Part shown: positions 11,048-22,027 of the stretch, piece by piece | How positions within the stretch are numbered: the stretch's first letter is position 1 | Layout of the letters: each line of letters begins with the position of its first letter | Origin: Stramenopiles sp. TOSAG23-2 | Taxonomy: Eukaryota | Direction: 5' to 3' | Assembly: GCA_900128395.1 (NCBI GenBank) | Contig: LT649282.1 | Span: forward strand, 1 to 46,280 | DNA: 46,280 bases | Made by a program: the position numbers and the translations under genes | Notes under the pieces: generated by a model | What the model saw: only the letters and a program-made list of their open reading frames with translations | What the model was told of the DNA's origin: nothing | Databases searched by the model: none

Positions 11048-12441
11048 CCCTGCCCTGAAGTGTGTGGGTGTCAATAATGTATCTCGTGTTTCTATATGTT
11101 GTTTTTAATATTATAAGGATCTATTTATGTGTAATCTTGTAGTATAATATCTTATAGTGTTTATAGTGAAATAGTATCTATTAATGTAGTTAAATTTCAC
11201 TTAGCAGCTGAGTGTGTACACTTCAAAGGGTGTGGCAAGATTATAGCGAAGTGGTCCCTATTGCTTAGAGTATGGATTGGTACAACGTCAAATGTCACGC
11301 GGAGAGGCCGTACACAGCAGGGGCTAAATTTCGTTTTTTAGGCCGTACACACCAGGGGTTATTCTTCCGTTTTTAGGCCGTACACACCAGGGGTTATTCT
11401 TCGTTTTTTAGGCCGTACACACCAGGGGTTATTTGTCCGCTTTTGTCCATAGACACAGCGGGGCTAAATGTCCGTTTTTAGGCCGTACACACCAGGGGTT
11501 ATTTGTCCGCTTTTGTCCATAGACACACCAGGGGCTAAATGTCCGTTTTTAGGCCGTACACACCAGGGGCTAAATGTCCGTTTTTAGGCCGTACACACCA
11601 GGGGCTAAATGTCCGTTTTTAGGCCGTACACACCAGGGGCTAAATGTCCGTTTTTAGGCCGTACACACCAGGGGCTAAATGTCCGTTTTTAGGCCGTACA
11701 CACCAGGGGCTAAATGTCCGTTTTTAGGCCGTACACACCAGGGGCTAAATGTCCGTTTTTAGGCCGTACACACCAGGGGCTAAATGTCCGTTTTTAGGCC
11801 GTACACACCAGGGGCTAAATGTCCGTTTTTAGGCCGTACACACCAGGGGCTAAATGTCCGTTTTTAGGCCGTACACACCAGGGGCTAAATGTCCGTTTTT
11901 AGGCCGTACACACCAGGGGCTAAATGTCCGTTTTTAGGCCGTACACACCAGGGGCTAAATGTCCGTTTTTAGGCCGTACACACCAGGGGTTATTTGTCCG
12001 CTTTTGTCCATAGACACAGCAGGGACTAAATATCTGCTTTTTTACGCCGTACACAGCAGGGACTAACTGTCCGCTATTCTAAGCTTTACATATATTCATA
12101 GACTAATTGTACCTATCACATTAACAAATCGATAAATCTATTTCATTTCCATCAAAATCATCCATTTCTTAATCCAAAATCACACAGAAATGCATAAAAT
12201 CACTCGTCCAATTTTCCAAATGGCTTTTCCAAAACTATTCAACAGGAATTTTGACAAAGTTAAATTTTCAATTATTTCATAGGTAAATATACTTCTTAGT
12301 TATAAATATATAAAGTATAATGCTATTTCATGCTATCGATTTTACCATGTTATAAGCATTTTGACAATCTACTATGAGACCCTTAAATTGTTTTAAATTT
12401 TATAAACTAAAAGTAATTACTTATGATATTTCAGGGCAGGG
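11048..12441. mobile_element. Candidate non-autonomous DNA element with 12-bp terminal inverted repeats enclosing a 35-bp tandem array
   Basis: CCCTGCCCTGAA (11048-11059) and TTCAGGGCAGGG (12430-12441) are perfect reverse complements. No ORF inside and no target-site duplication found. Confidence 0.5.
11305..12080. repeat. 35-bp GC-rich minisatellite, about 22 copies (AGGCCGTACACACCAGGGGCTAAATGTCCGTTTTT)
   Basis: 12 identical units at 11551-11970, variant units at both ends, and no unique spacers. Confidence 0.97.
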
Positions 12442-12704
12442 GTCCTTGCCTGGCAGGCGAATGTTGTTAATGTTTTGAAATTCTAATTCTAATTTCCACT
12501 TTCAACTATAAAATGCGGCATTTTTTCATGAGGAAATTAAAAATGTGCAAAATTCTTGGAAAAAATGGCATGAATAATGTGAAGAATGTGTGTCAAAAAA
12601 AATCAAAATTCAAATATATTATAGATTATAAAAATTATAAACTACATATATACGTAGTCGGATAGATACAAATTGTGGGATAGATGTATCAAAATTCAGT
12701 GTAT

Positions 12705-12950
12705 ACGATAACACCATGGATAAATTAGTGGAACTGCCATTGAATCAAGCGATTGATGTGGCTACCACGTTATTGCAAGAGACGAATGCGGTATTGCCAG
12801 TCTCGACACAAATGTTAGAACGGCTGCACGATAACACCATGGATAAATTAGTGGAACTGCCATTGAATCAAGCGATTGATGTGGCTACCACGTTATTGCA
12901 AGAGACGAATGCGGTATTGCCAGTCTCGACACAAATGTTAGAACGGCTGC
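12705..12950. repeat. Perfect 123-bp tandem duplication spanning the start codon of the 12716 ORF
   Basis: 12705-12827 equals 12828-12950, duplicating the N-terminal MDKLVELP...LERL segment. Confidence 0.97.
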
Positions 12951-15900
12951 GATTAAATTTAGACGACGAAATGGGAATGAAACGAATATTAAAAATGTTA
13001 ATTATGTATGGCGCACCTAGTCCAATTTTGACAGATCAGTTGTTGGAATTATTGCAAATTTCTGAGTATCCGAAAGGCATTATAGAGTGTACTGCAGCAT
13101 TGGCAGGAAACAATGAGAAAAATTTGGAGAAAATCATCATGTCTTTTCAAGACTTTATCCACTCTGCTGGTGATGGTGATTTATGGTTAAATATTATTGG
13201 TGCCTTGTCTGAACTGGAATTAACCAGTGAAAGGTTGAGAATCAGGGTATTTAAATTAATAACCGAATCATTAGATATTGTAGAAGAAGAAGACGTCCCG
13301 ATTGTCGTGCGTACGTTGCTACATACGGTCACAAAGTCAACTGCACAACAAATCGTACGTTTAGTACGCCAACAATGCTCCAGTCTATCTCTAGAAACGC
13401 AATATTTACTATTGCAAGTTATAGAAACGTCAATGAAAATTGAATCAAATTTACCAAAAATATTTTTAAATAGCTTCAAAATCAATTTTCCAAATAATGC
13501 CTTTGATTTATGTTTATTATTGAGTATCTCACAAATCGATACTTATCATCAAAGGGCCAATAATTGCATTTTTGATGCATTAACGATGACAACCACAATA
13601 TCATCTACTACAAGTGCAACTAATAAAAACAATGTTAACAACAAGTATAATAATAAATATCTAAAAATATCCGATATTGTGTCTATATGTAAACGAACAA
13701 AAGAAATAGAATGGGAAACATTTTCATTGCCGATGTTCAAATTTATACAATTTGTATTAATCAGAATCACCGAACATCGAAATGGCGCATCGTTGAGACG
13801 CCGAATGATTCAGTTGTGCCAACAATCGTTGGCAACGCTATTATGCTCTAGCGAGGAATGCCGAAGCACTATTTTCACAAATTTAATAACAATAACACAA
13901 TGTTCTCCATCATTTTATCGAAAATTGCCTGATTACAAAGGGAAAAGTGATTGGAAAATTGTGTTGGATGACAACAGTTACGTATCAGGGGCAATGATTA
14001 GTGACATGGCTAGTGATGTTCTGCTAACTTGTGCAAGGAAAATACCAAGATTGTTACGTACACATGTATATATTTTAGAAGAAGAGTTGTTTCGACCGAG
14101 ATTATCAGAAAAAATTGTTTTATCAACATGGACTATTCATCAACTTTGTCGCACGTTGATATATATATATAACGACGAGGAAGAAGAAACTAATAATACA
14201 CCGATGGCAAATTATGGCAATAGTATTAGCAATAGCGGTAGTGGTAGTAGTAACAGCAGCAGTAGCAAAAGCTCTGCCAGATTGTTACAGTCAAGTAATA
14301 GCTCCTCCTCGCAGCAGCAATCATCCTACTCCTCTAGAAATTATAGTAATTTACTTGTATCCGTTCAAAAACTTTTAATATCAGGATCCAATACAATAAA
14401 CAATAGTAATATAAATAAAAATAATAAAAATAACATATCGTCGCGATATGAATCTATATACCAGCAACAACGAGTTGGTATGATTATGGCAATGCATTTG
14501 TTAAAATCTAATTGTTTGACTACTATTAGTTGTAAGGATATTATCAATTGGGTACTTCGTTTGCTTGGTTTAATTGTTAATCGATATAATTATATGGACA
14601 AAACTGGCAGCAATCGTAGTGCTGCAGGTAACAATGATAAATTCGATAACAAAAATGACATTGAAAATGAATATTTAAACGATATTTTTAGTTACGGAAT
14701 GGATTTATTAAAAGAAAATTTACGCTTTATCCCTGGAAAACTTTGCAATGAAATAATATATAAAGTTATTATAAAACAAATGGAAAGTGAACAGAGTATT
14801 CTTAAAAGTAACGATGATGATACTGAAGGTAGTATCATGCGTCAACGTAGCAAGATTCGTAGCAATAATACAAATAGCAATGGTAAAGAATCCTATTTAA
14901 ACAACGTATTGAATGGTGTGAAGGGTAAAACAAACAAGTCGTTGTACAATAAGTGTTCTCCAATGCCTGAGTTTGCGTTAAATTGCATCGTGGATTTAAA
15001 TGTAGATATCAATAACAAATCAACATCAAACATAATGTCATTCAATGCATATTTAAATTTACATTCAGAAATGATAATATCAAAACGTAAACATCAATTT
15101 AATGAAAACAATGATGATAACGAAAATGCGCTAACGTTATCCCCTAGAGATATTTCATCACTTTTATCTGCAACATGCGTTAATTTTGCATTGCCCGCAT
15201 GGGAATGTGTAAACAACAATAAGAAATCAAATATTGTTGGTAACAAGCGCACTGTTGTAAATGGCGACAATATAAAGCAAATAAAGAAAAAAAGGCGTAT
15301 ATCTCTACAATCTATTGATACGAATGGAAATGTCAACAATAATTTTAGCAGCGGGGCTGGTATTCAACAAACGGATTCTAACACAGCATATTATGACAAC
15401 AATTCAGTGTGGTATTATGAAGATTTTCATAATGATGTCAATGTGTTAAGGACTAACATAGCTAATCTATCGTCAAATTATGACAAGATAAATTATGCAC
15501 ATTCGTGTTTTCAAGCGTTATTATTTCAATGTGCAATTTGTAATTTTATAGGCGAGGAAGTTGATGGTAAACCAAATTTAATGGACACAAATCCAAATCT
15601 GATGAAAGATTACAAAGTCATTATGTTCCAATCGTATCGTCGTTTTATTTGGTTGCGTATAAAATTGGATTTACTTCTTTTAAATTTGAATGAAACACGT
15701 AGCGTAAATGCTTTTGCAAATGACTTTAAACTTGTTCAAAAATTATTAGTATTAGAGCAAAAAGTAAAGACAGAAATGCCAAGTCCAAGCTTTTACGTGG
15801 TATTACATGCTTATCAAAATGCGTCCATGCCAATGAGCAACGAGAACATAAGCGATGATGATGATGATATGGATAGCGATGGGAGTAATACTATTTACAG

Positions 15901-16991
15901 TTGTTTTCAATGTGAAATATTAAGTGATTTGTACCATTGGATGCATAAAGTATTCTCAAGCGATTATAATGTTTCTGGTAGACTAGATGAATTTACATCA
16001 ATGAAAATGCTAAACCCCATAGAAATACAAAAAGCACTGAAAATGTTTTTGAGTACAAAATGTATTGAAGTGCTTGGAAAGCATTGCATGGAAACCATTC
16101 ACTACGGTCGATTACTACGTCGTACTAATACTCTTAATAACGATGGTAACGGTTTAGGTGATATAAACAAGCTGCAAACAATCGTAATGTCACAATTGCG
16201 TATATATACTGCCATTGAATTATTGTTAAAGCAATATCATGCAAATAGACATACCGTGGATGTAACTAATAGTTTGTATTTTAAACTATTTGAAGACTTA
16301 ATTGCCGGTTTTACATATAATGCCAAGAATGTAACCAATGACAAGACGGCTACATCAATCTATATGTTGAAAGATTTATGTTTTACACAGCTTAAGATGC
16401 ATTTAGAATTAGTTGAAGATAGCACGGTTGCATCGAAAATTGTGGATATATTGTCTCTACTAACTGCAAACGTAGCGAAAGCGGTTTGTATTCCTCCGAT
16501 TGTCTATAAAACAGTTGTACAAAACATATTTCCATTGCAATCAAATATAAATCATTTACACATAGGAAACCTTCAACATCAACACAACAACAGCAGTAAT
16601 ACCAATGTCCATGGGAATGGCTGCAATAATCATGGCAGCAATGGATCATCATCATCATCATCATCATCAGTATCTAATCATTCCAAGAATTATATTCATG
16701 CGCCATGGATCGTATTAGATGAATATGAGATGGCATATAGCGGAATGTTGAAAATGAGACAAAAAACATTGATAAAAGAATCAAATCCAAAATTGATGCT
16801 AGTTGATTTATTGAAAAGTGGCGGAAACGCAGCTGGTATGGCACCTACTTTTCCTGCCCAACTTGTGTATGTCATACATGGCTTGGTTACGTCTAGTTTC
16901 ATTAACATGCGGACAAATTCAATGATTTATATGATTAATGATTTAGTTGAAAGTTTTAAAATCATTACGATGAGAATTGATATAGATGGAA

Positions 16992-17030
<39 letters not shown>

Positions 17031-18160
17031 CAACTGAAGAAATGGAGACAAGTACAAATACTACGACAACAACAACAAGTAGGTCTGCTACAACAACAAC
17101 AACAACAACAACAACAAATATGACTAATACTGCCAAAGATATACAAGCGATTTCAAAGGATAATTACGAAATTTTCTATGAGTTATTTTTAAAATTTTGC
17201 AATTGCTCTTTAGCCGCAGTAAATGCAACGTCGAATACCGCAGGTAGTAATAATATCGTAACACCATACGATGATTTTTTCATAGCTACAAAACAAATTT
17301 GCGAAATGTTGGAAATGTTTAGCAAATTTGAAATTAATGATGAGAGAAATTATACATATATTTTGATTGCATGTATGCATAGCATTCGTTTAAGTTGGAA
17401 AAAATTTGATGATGCAATTGCATGGCGCACTACGAACAGACAAAATGACAATAAAACGAATTCAAAAGATTGGTGGAATAATAAGAAATTGAACGTAGCT
17501 ATTATTGGTGCCAATAATTTATGTGGAATAATCTTAAAGACATTACAGATGATTGAATCAAATAATAAAAATGGAATTACAAATATTGAACTTTTATCTG
17601 AATTAAAACAATTGATACAAAAGTTTAAATATTACTTGCTGGAAATGAGAACATTGTACCATGTTGAAGAATTATCTACAGAAGAGAAAAATGAATGGAT
17701 TAATGCAATCAATGAACGTAGAAAGAAATTTATATATCGCTTAGATGCCCAATGCCTGGAAACGCTTACAATTGAGCAACAATGGAGTAAATCTATTCAA
17801 AGTATGGAATCTGGTATAAATCATGTTGCTTTAAACGAGGAGAAGGATGTAGAACAATCCAAGGGACAAAGTGGTAGTGGATGGAGAGTTATATATGCAA
17901 AAACTGGTAAAGGTATAGAAGAAGATGGAGAGAAAGTTGCTTTAAACGAGGAGAAGGATGTAGAACAATCCAAGGGACAAAGTGGTAGTGGATGGAGAGT
18001 TATATATGCAAAAACTGGTAAAGGTGTCGAAGAAGATGGAGAGAGAGGAGGGAATAGTAGTAGTGGTAGTAGTAGTGATGAGGAAAGTGAAGAAGAGGAT
18101 GAGGAAAGGTATGATGAATATGATGATAGTTATGTAACAGAGAGTGATCATGATGATTGA
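12716..18160 (+). CDS. FANCD2: FANCD2-like large helical solenoid protein (true start may be 12839)
   Basis: IIGALSELEL..ESLDIVEEEDVPIVVRTLLHTV..LLLQVIETSMK..AFDLCLLL resembles, from recall, the human FANCD2 LEDLPVIIKFILHSV region. LLVSVQKLL..QRVGMIMA resembles the K561 region (LVIRKQL..KLIGIIGA). Acidic C-terminal tail. Confidence 0.6.
17825..18044. repeat. In-frame tandem duplication, period 111 (37 codons), 2 mismatches
   Basis: 17825-17933 versus 17936-18044 (ggtatagaa vs ggtgtcgaa). Confidence 0.95.
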
Positions 18161-18254
18161 TTTATATAAAACAAATAAAAAAACAGAAAGAAATTATCAT
18201 TATATCATCAGAGTATTTTTAATATATATTTCAATTTTCCATTTTTACAAAATG

Positions 18255-18446
18255 CTACCTGGGATGTTTGTCTTCTAACTCTTTCATTTTACGTGCCTGT
18301 CTTCTTTTTTCCATCACCTCTTCTTTATTTAATGATATGACATTTGGTATTCGTCTAGCAAATATAGTTGCGCCAGCCATCGATGCAGCAAACCCACTAA
18401 ATAAAAATGCACTTCTCCAAGTAAATAATTTCGCTTTCCACGACAT
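18255..18446 (-). CDS. Small single-pass membrane protein (63 aa), possibly mitochondrial
   Basis: ATG at 18446 gives MSWKAKLFTWRSAFLFSGFAASMAGATIFARR..., a hydrophobic stretch followed by a charged helix. Localisation is inference. Confidence 0.55.
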   Translation of the reverse strand: MSWKAKLFTWRSAFLFSGFAASMAGATIFARRIPNVISLNKEEVMEKRRQARKMKELEDKHPR

Positions 18447-18700
18447 TTGCGCTCTTTTGATTTGAAAAAAGAAGACGAATTTTTCTATAGTTATCACAAT
18501 TCGCTGATGATACCTACATACATATATATATATATTATAGAAAAGGGTGCAAAGATAAAATATATTTTTTTTTTTGAAATAAACAAAGCACCAAAGGCAT
18601 ATATATGCATATCTATATTGATTTTTGATTTAGATTTATTTTTTTTTTTTTATATAGGAACGAGACGTACGTGCGTACAGAAATTCTTACTATATGAATT

Positions 18701-19312
18701 ATGGATATGCAAGCTGTGGCACCAGGATTGGCAGCGTTTGATATTGCCTATATATATGCTTGCACGTGATTTTAAGCATTTACTACCTATGATCACTTTA
18801 TGGAAATGTTTGAGGTATACTACAAGGTGTTGGAAAAAGAGCTTAGTGAAAAATCATTGGATCAATCCCCATCTGAACGGTACGAAAAGGTGAAAAAAGA
18901 TTTCCTGTGTATTTTGATAATGTTTTACATGACAAATGGTGTCCAAGCTTTAGCAAATAAGCCGAAGTGGATTAAACGTTCTAAAAAAGATGCCAAAAAA
19001 ATACAGGAACCAGATTGGCTTAAAGTGGCAGAAGACTGGGCAACAAACCGTGTACATGAAGCTGAACGAATTGTGAATCCGAAACCGTACAAAAACAACT
19101 GGGAGGGACAGCAGATTCGTGCACTGAAAGATGGTCATATCCGGAGATCAAAGTCCGGCGCATTAAACTCATTATACGAAATCTATATTAAGCACCCAGA
19201 ACTTTTCGGTGAACTCATGAATACTTCAATATTCAATACCAGTATTTTTACAAATAGAAATGGTGCTGGACGCGGTGGCATATGTATCCGTGAGTCTGTT
19301 GTGTGCGAGTGA
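18701..19312 (+). pseudogene. Probable 5'-truncated pseudogene of an APH/EcKL-like phosphotransferase
   Basis: MDMQAVAPGLAAFDIAYIY (18701) is in frame with the 18800 ORF but separated by TGA (18767) and TAA (18773). It resembles the D(F/W)Q....G..a.D.AY motif and is followed by the YY..L helix. Confidence 0.45.
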
Positions 19313-19646
19313 TTTCAGGCACAACATGGAAAGATGCACATGTGCACATGTGCACACACACACACACATCATCTCTCCCCAAAGGAATAAAGTACATACA
19401 AGCAAAAGAAGGTATATAAGCACATATAGGTCATGATGAAATTATGAAATTGTATAATAGAGTACAGTATGCATTTCCCATTTTAAGTATTACTATATTA
19501 TATTTAAGGGATATGAAGCTTTGTGTGTTGCAATAATTTTAAACCATGTTTTATACCCCTTCACATTAATTCAAATTAACAATCTCTTTTTTTTTCTTCT
19601 ATAATAATTTATAGAAAACATACATACACACACACACACACACATC

Positions 19647-20942
19647 TCAATCGCTTAATTCAGCATTTAATTCCGCATCTAATTCCTTTTGCCAATCAAG
19701 ATCGTCATCAAAATCTTCATTAGATGATATCATTTTATTATTATCAACCAATAATACTTCTTGTTCTTCATCAAAATTCCCCCCCAATTCCTTTTGCCAA
19801 TCAAGATCGTCATCAAAATCTTCATTAGATGATATCATTTTATTATTATCAACCAATAATACTTCTTGTTCTTCATCAACATTCCCTCCTCCTAATAATT
19901 GATCCTCGTTGTTACTGTTATTCTTATTATTATCATCTGCTGTAGACGACAATGAAATATGATTTATATCATCCGAAACGAAATCAATATCATCATCATC
20001 TAAATCGTCTAATAGATTTAAATTTCCATCGTCTTCTAATGCAGCATCCAATGCGTCTTCATATGCTCTTGCTGACATTAACGCATTTCTGTCATCACTA
20101 TTATTCATGTTGTCATTATTTAACTTTGTTGTATCATCATTATTATTATTATTAAGTCTGGTCTGACTTTCAATAATTAAACTAACTCGATAGAAATAAT
20201 TACTCCAAAAATCAATTTCTTTAATCTTTGATGGTACTAATTTAAATCGTAATTTATTCAAACGATTATCCATTTTCATTAAATTGATTGCCATTTTCGC
20301 ACTATCCTCATAATTAAAAGACCAACCACAATCTTCTGGTGGTGGATTTAAAAAATTAGATTGCTGATACCATACATATTTTGTGTAAAATTACCTGTTA
20401 GATGTTTTTGTTTTAATCTGTCTAAAAAAATGGCCATTTGGGGAATGGTGAAGATAACTTACATATTCAGACAATTTGATCACTTTATTTTTTACAACTT
20501 CTTTTATTTCCTCAGCATGATTATTAGTATTTTCATCATTAACACTATCCCAAGGGTATTCATAGTCTTTTGGTTCTTGGTGTGACAATTTTTCATCTTT
20601 CATTATATTTATAAAATTATCTTTTTCTTTCAACAAATTGCTATGCGTTTCTAATGCTTTCTCTTTGATCTTTTCCGTTAGGTCTTGGGCATTGAAATTT
20701 TTAACATTATCAGTGGTTTCTTGTATTGTTTTACTTATTTTATTAAAATATGAGTTGAATAAACTAGAAGTTGTTGTCCCAGCCGTTGTAGCCGTTGTTG
20801 TATTTTTATTTGTTTCGTCTACATCATCATTATTTTCTTCTTTCTTCTCTTCTTCTACTATCTTCTTCTTATCATTCGTCGCCGTCGACGATGCCGTTGC
20901 CCCCGTCGTTGCACCTGTCAGTGCAGAGAAAAATCCAGACAT
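19647..20942 (-). CDS. BSD-domain protein (SYAP1-like), two exons 20942-20463 and 20363-19647, about 398 aa
   Basis: Splicing out a phase-0 GTAAGT...TATCAG intron joins KVIKLSEY to QSNFLNPPP..LNKLRFKLVPSKIKEIDFWSNYFYRVSLI, which carries the BSD FW.NYF signature. Confidence 0.85.
19681..19890. repeat. In-frame 105-bp tandem duplication (35 codons) in the BSD gene tail
   Basis: 19681-19785 versus 19786-19890, with mismatches confined to the last ~12 nt of the unit. Confidence 0.95.
20364..20462 (-). other. Spliceosomal intron, 99 nt
   Basis: GTAAGT donor at 20462, CTAAC branch-point-like motif at 20401-20397, CAG acceptor at 20364. It contains an in-frame TAA, and its removal restores a continuous BSD protein. 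Confidence 0.85.
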
Positions 20943-21459
20943 ATCGTTTGGTTAGTCTATATATATATATTAATGTGGTTGAATATTTTATGATGATATA
21001 TGCATCAAATGAATGCATCTATAACATCTAATTGTATATATATAATATTTATTTAAAAAAATTTAAAATGAAAAAATTGTTGTTGGTTGTTCTTCTTTTG
21101 GTGCCGTTCCTGTTTTCAATGTTGGAAGCCAGGTTAAGGTTTGGATGCTATATATATAGTAATGGTATGTTACCTTGGTAATAGATAGAATACCATTACA
21201 ATGCTATGTAATGTATAACCTCAACTTAAGGTTTTTAATTAAGGTGGGTGTAAGAAGATATATACGTTTTACGGACTGCATTTTTTGTTGCATCATATTT
21301 GTCATATTATATTAGACATTTATATATATATTCATTCAATTTATTGATTGATTTGAATCAATCATATATACCATCATCGAATGCATACACCATATATATA
21401 TATGTATACATGTATCGTTTATGCTGCATTAGTATATAGTAAAAGTATTCATCAACAAC

Positions 21460-21732
21460 ATGAGTGAAGGTAAAAAAGAAAGCAAATCGGAGAAAGAGGT
21501 AGAGCAAACTATTAATTTTGTACCGACACATCCAACACTCGTCAATATCCATCCTACGTTAAAAGATGCTATTGCAAAATTATTAAGAAAAGTGGAGAGT
21601 GGTGGATTTTTAGAAGGTGATGATGTTGTATTCAATGATAGATGTGGTGAGCCATTCAATCCTTTATTATATATTGCTAGATACTTACACCGACATAATC
21701 CAAATCAACAAGAGAAGTTTTCAAAAAAGTAA
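21460..21732 (+). CDS. Small protein with Dpy-30/RIIa-like dimerisation-docking motif
   Basis: IHPTLKDAIAKLL...FNPLLYIARYLHRHNP follows the P.L..gL..L...P...A.YL Dpy-30-like pattern. Confidence 0.65.
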   Translation: MSEGKKESKSEKEVEQTINFVPTHPTLVNIHPTLKDAIAKLLRKVESGGFLEGDDVVFNDRCGEPFNPLLYIARYLHRHNPNQQEKFSKK

Positions 21733-22027
21733 AATACAAAATAAATGTGTGTGCGACTATTAATCTGCTGTAATATGTTTTACCATCGGGGAGAAATTTA
21801 AAAAAAAAATGCGTGTGTTAAATATTTAACACAGGGAGAATTGTAGAAAATATATAAAAATTTATGAGATTCGTATAAAATATTACTGCCAGACTGAGAT
21901 GTGCATGTGGTATATAGTAAAAAAATTAAAGTTTTTTGCTTTTTCTTTCGTATTATAAAAAAAATAATGCTTTTTTGACAACACACTGCACGCACACACA
22001 GTCTCGCTCTCTTCTCTCTCTTTCCTT

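Noticed and set aside
11305..12080. CRISPR array
   Set aside because: The 35-bp units are contiguous with no unique spacers, there are no cas genes, and the context is eukaryotic.
18767..18775. Stop-codon reassignment or a micro-intron explaining the in-frame TGA/TAA
   Set aside because: All three stop codons terminate intact genes in this window, and the 11-nt GT..AG segment is too short and would shift the frame.
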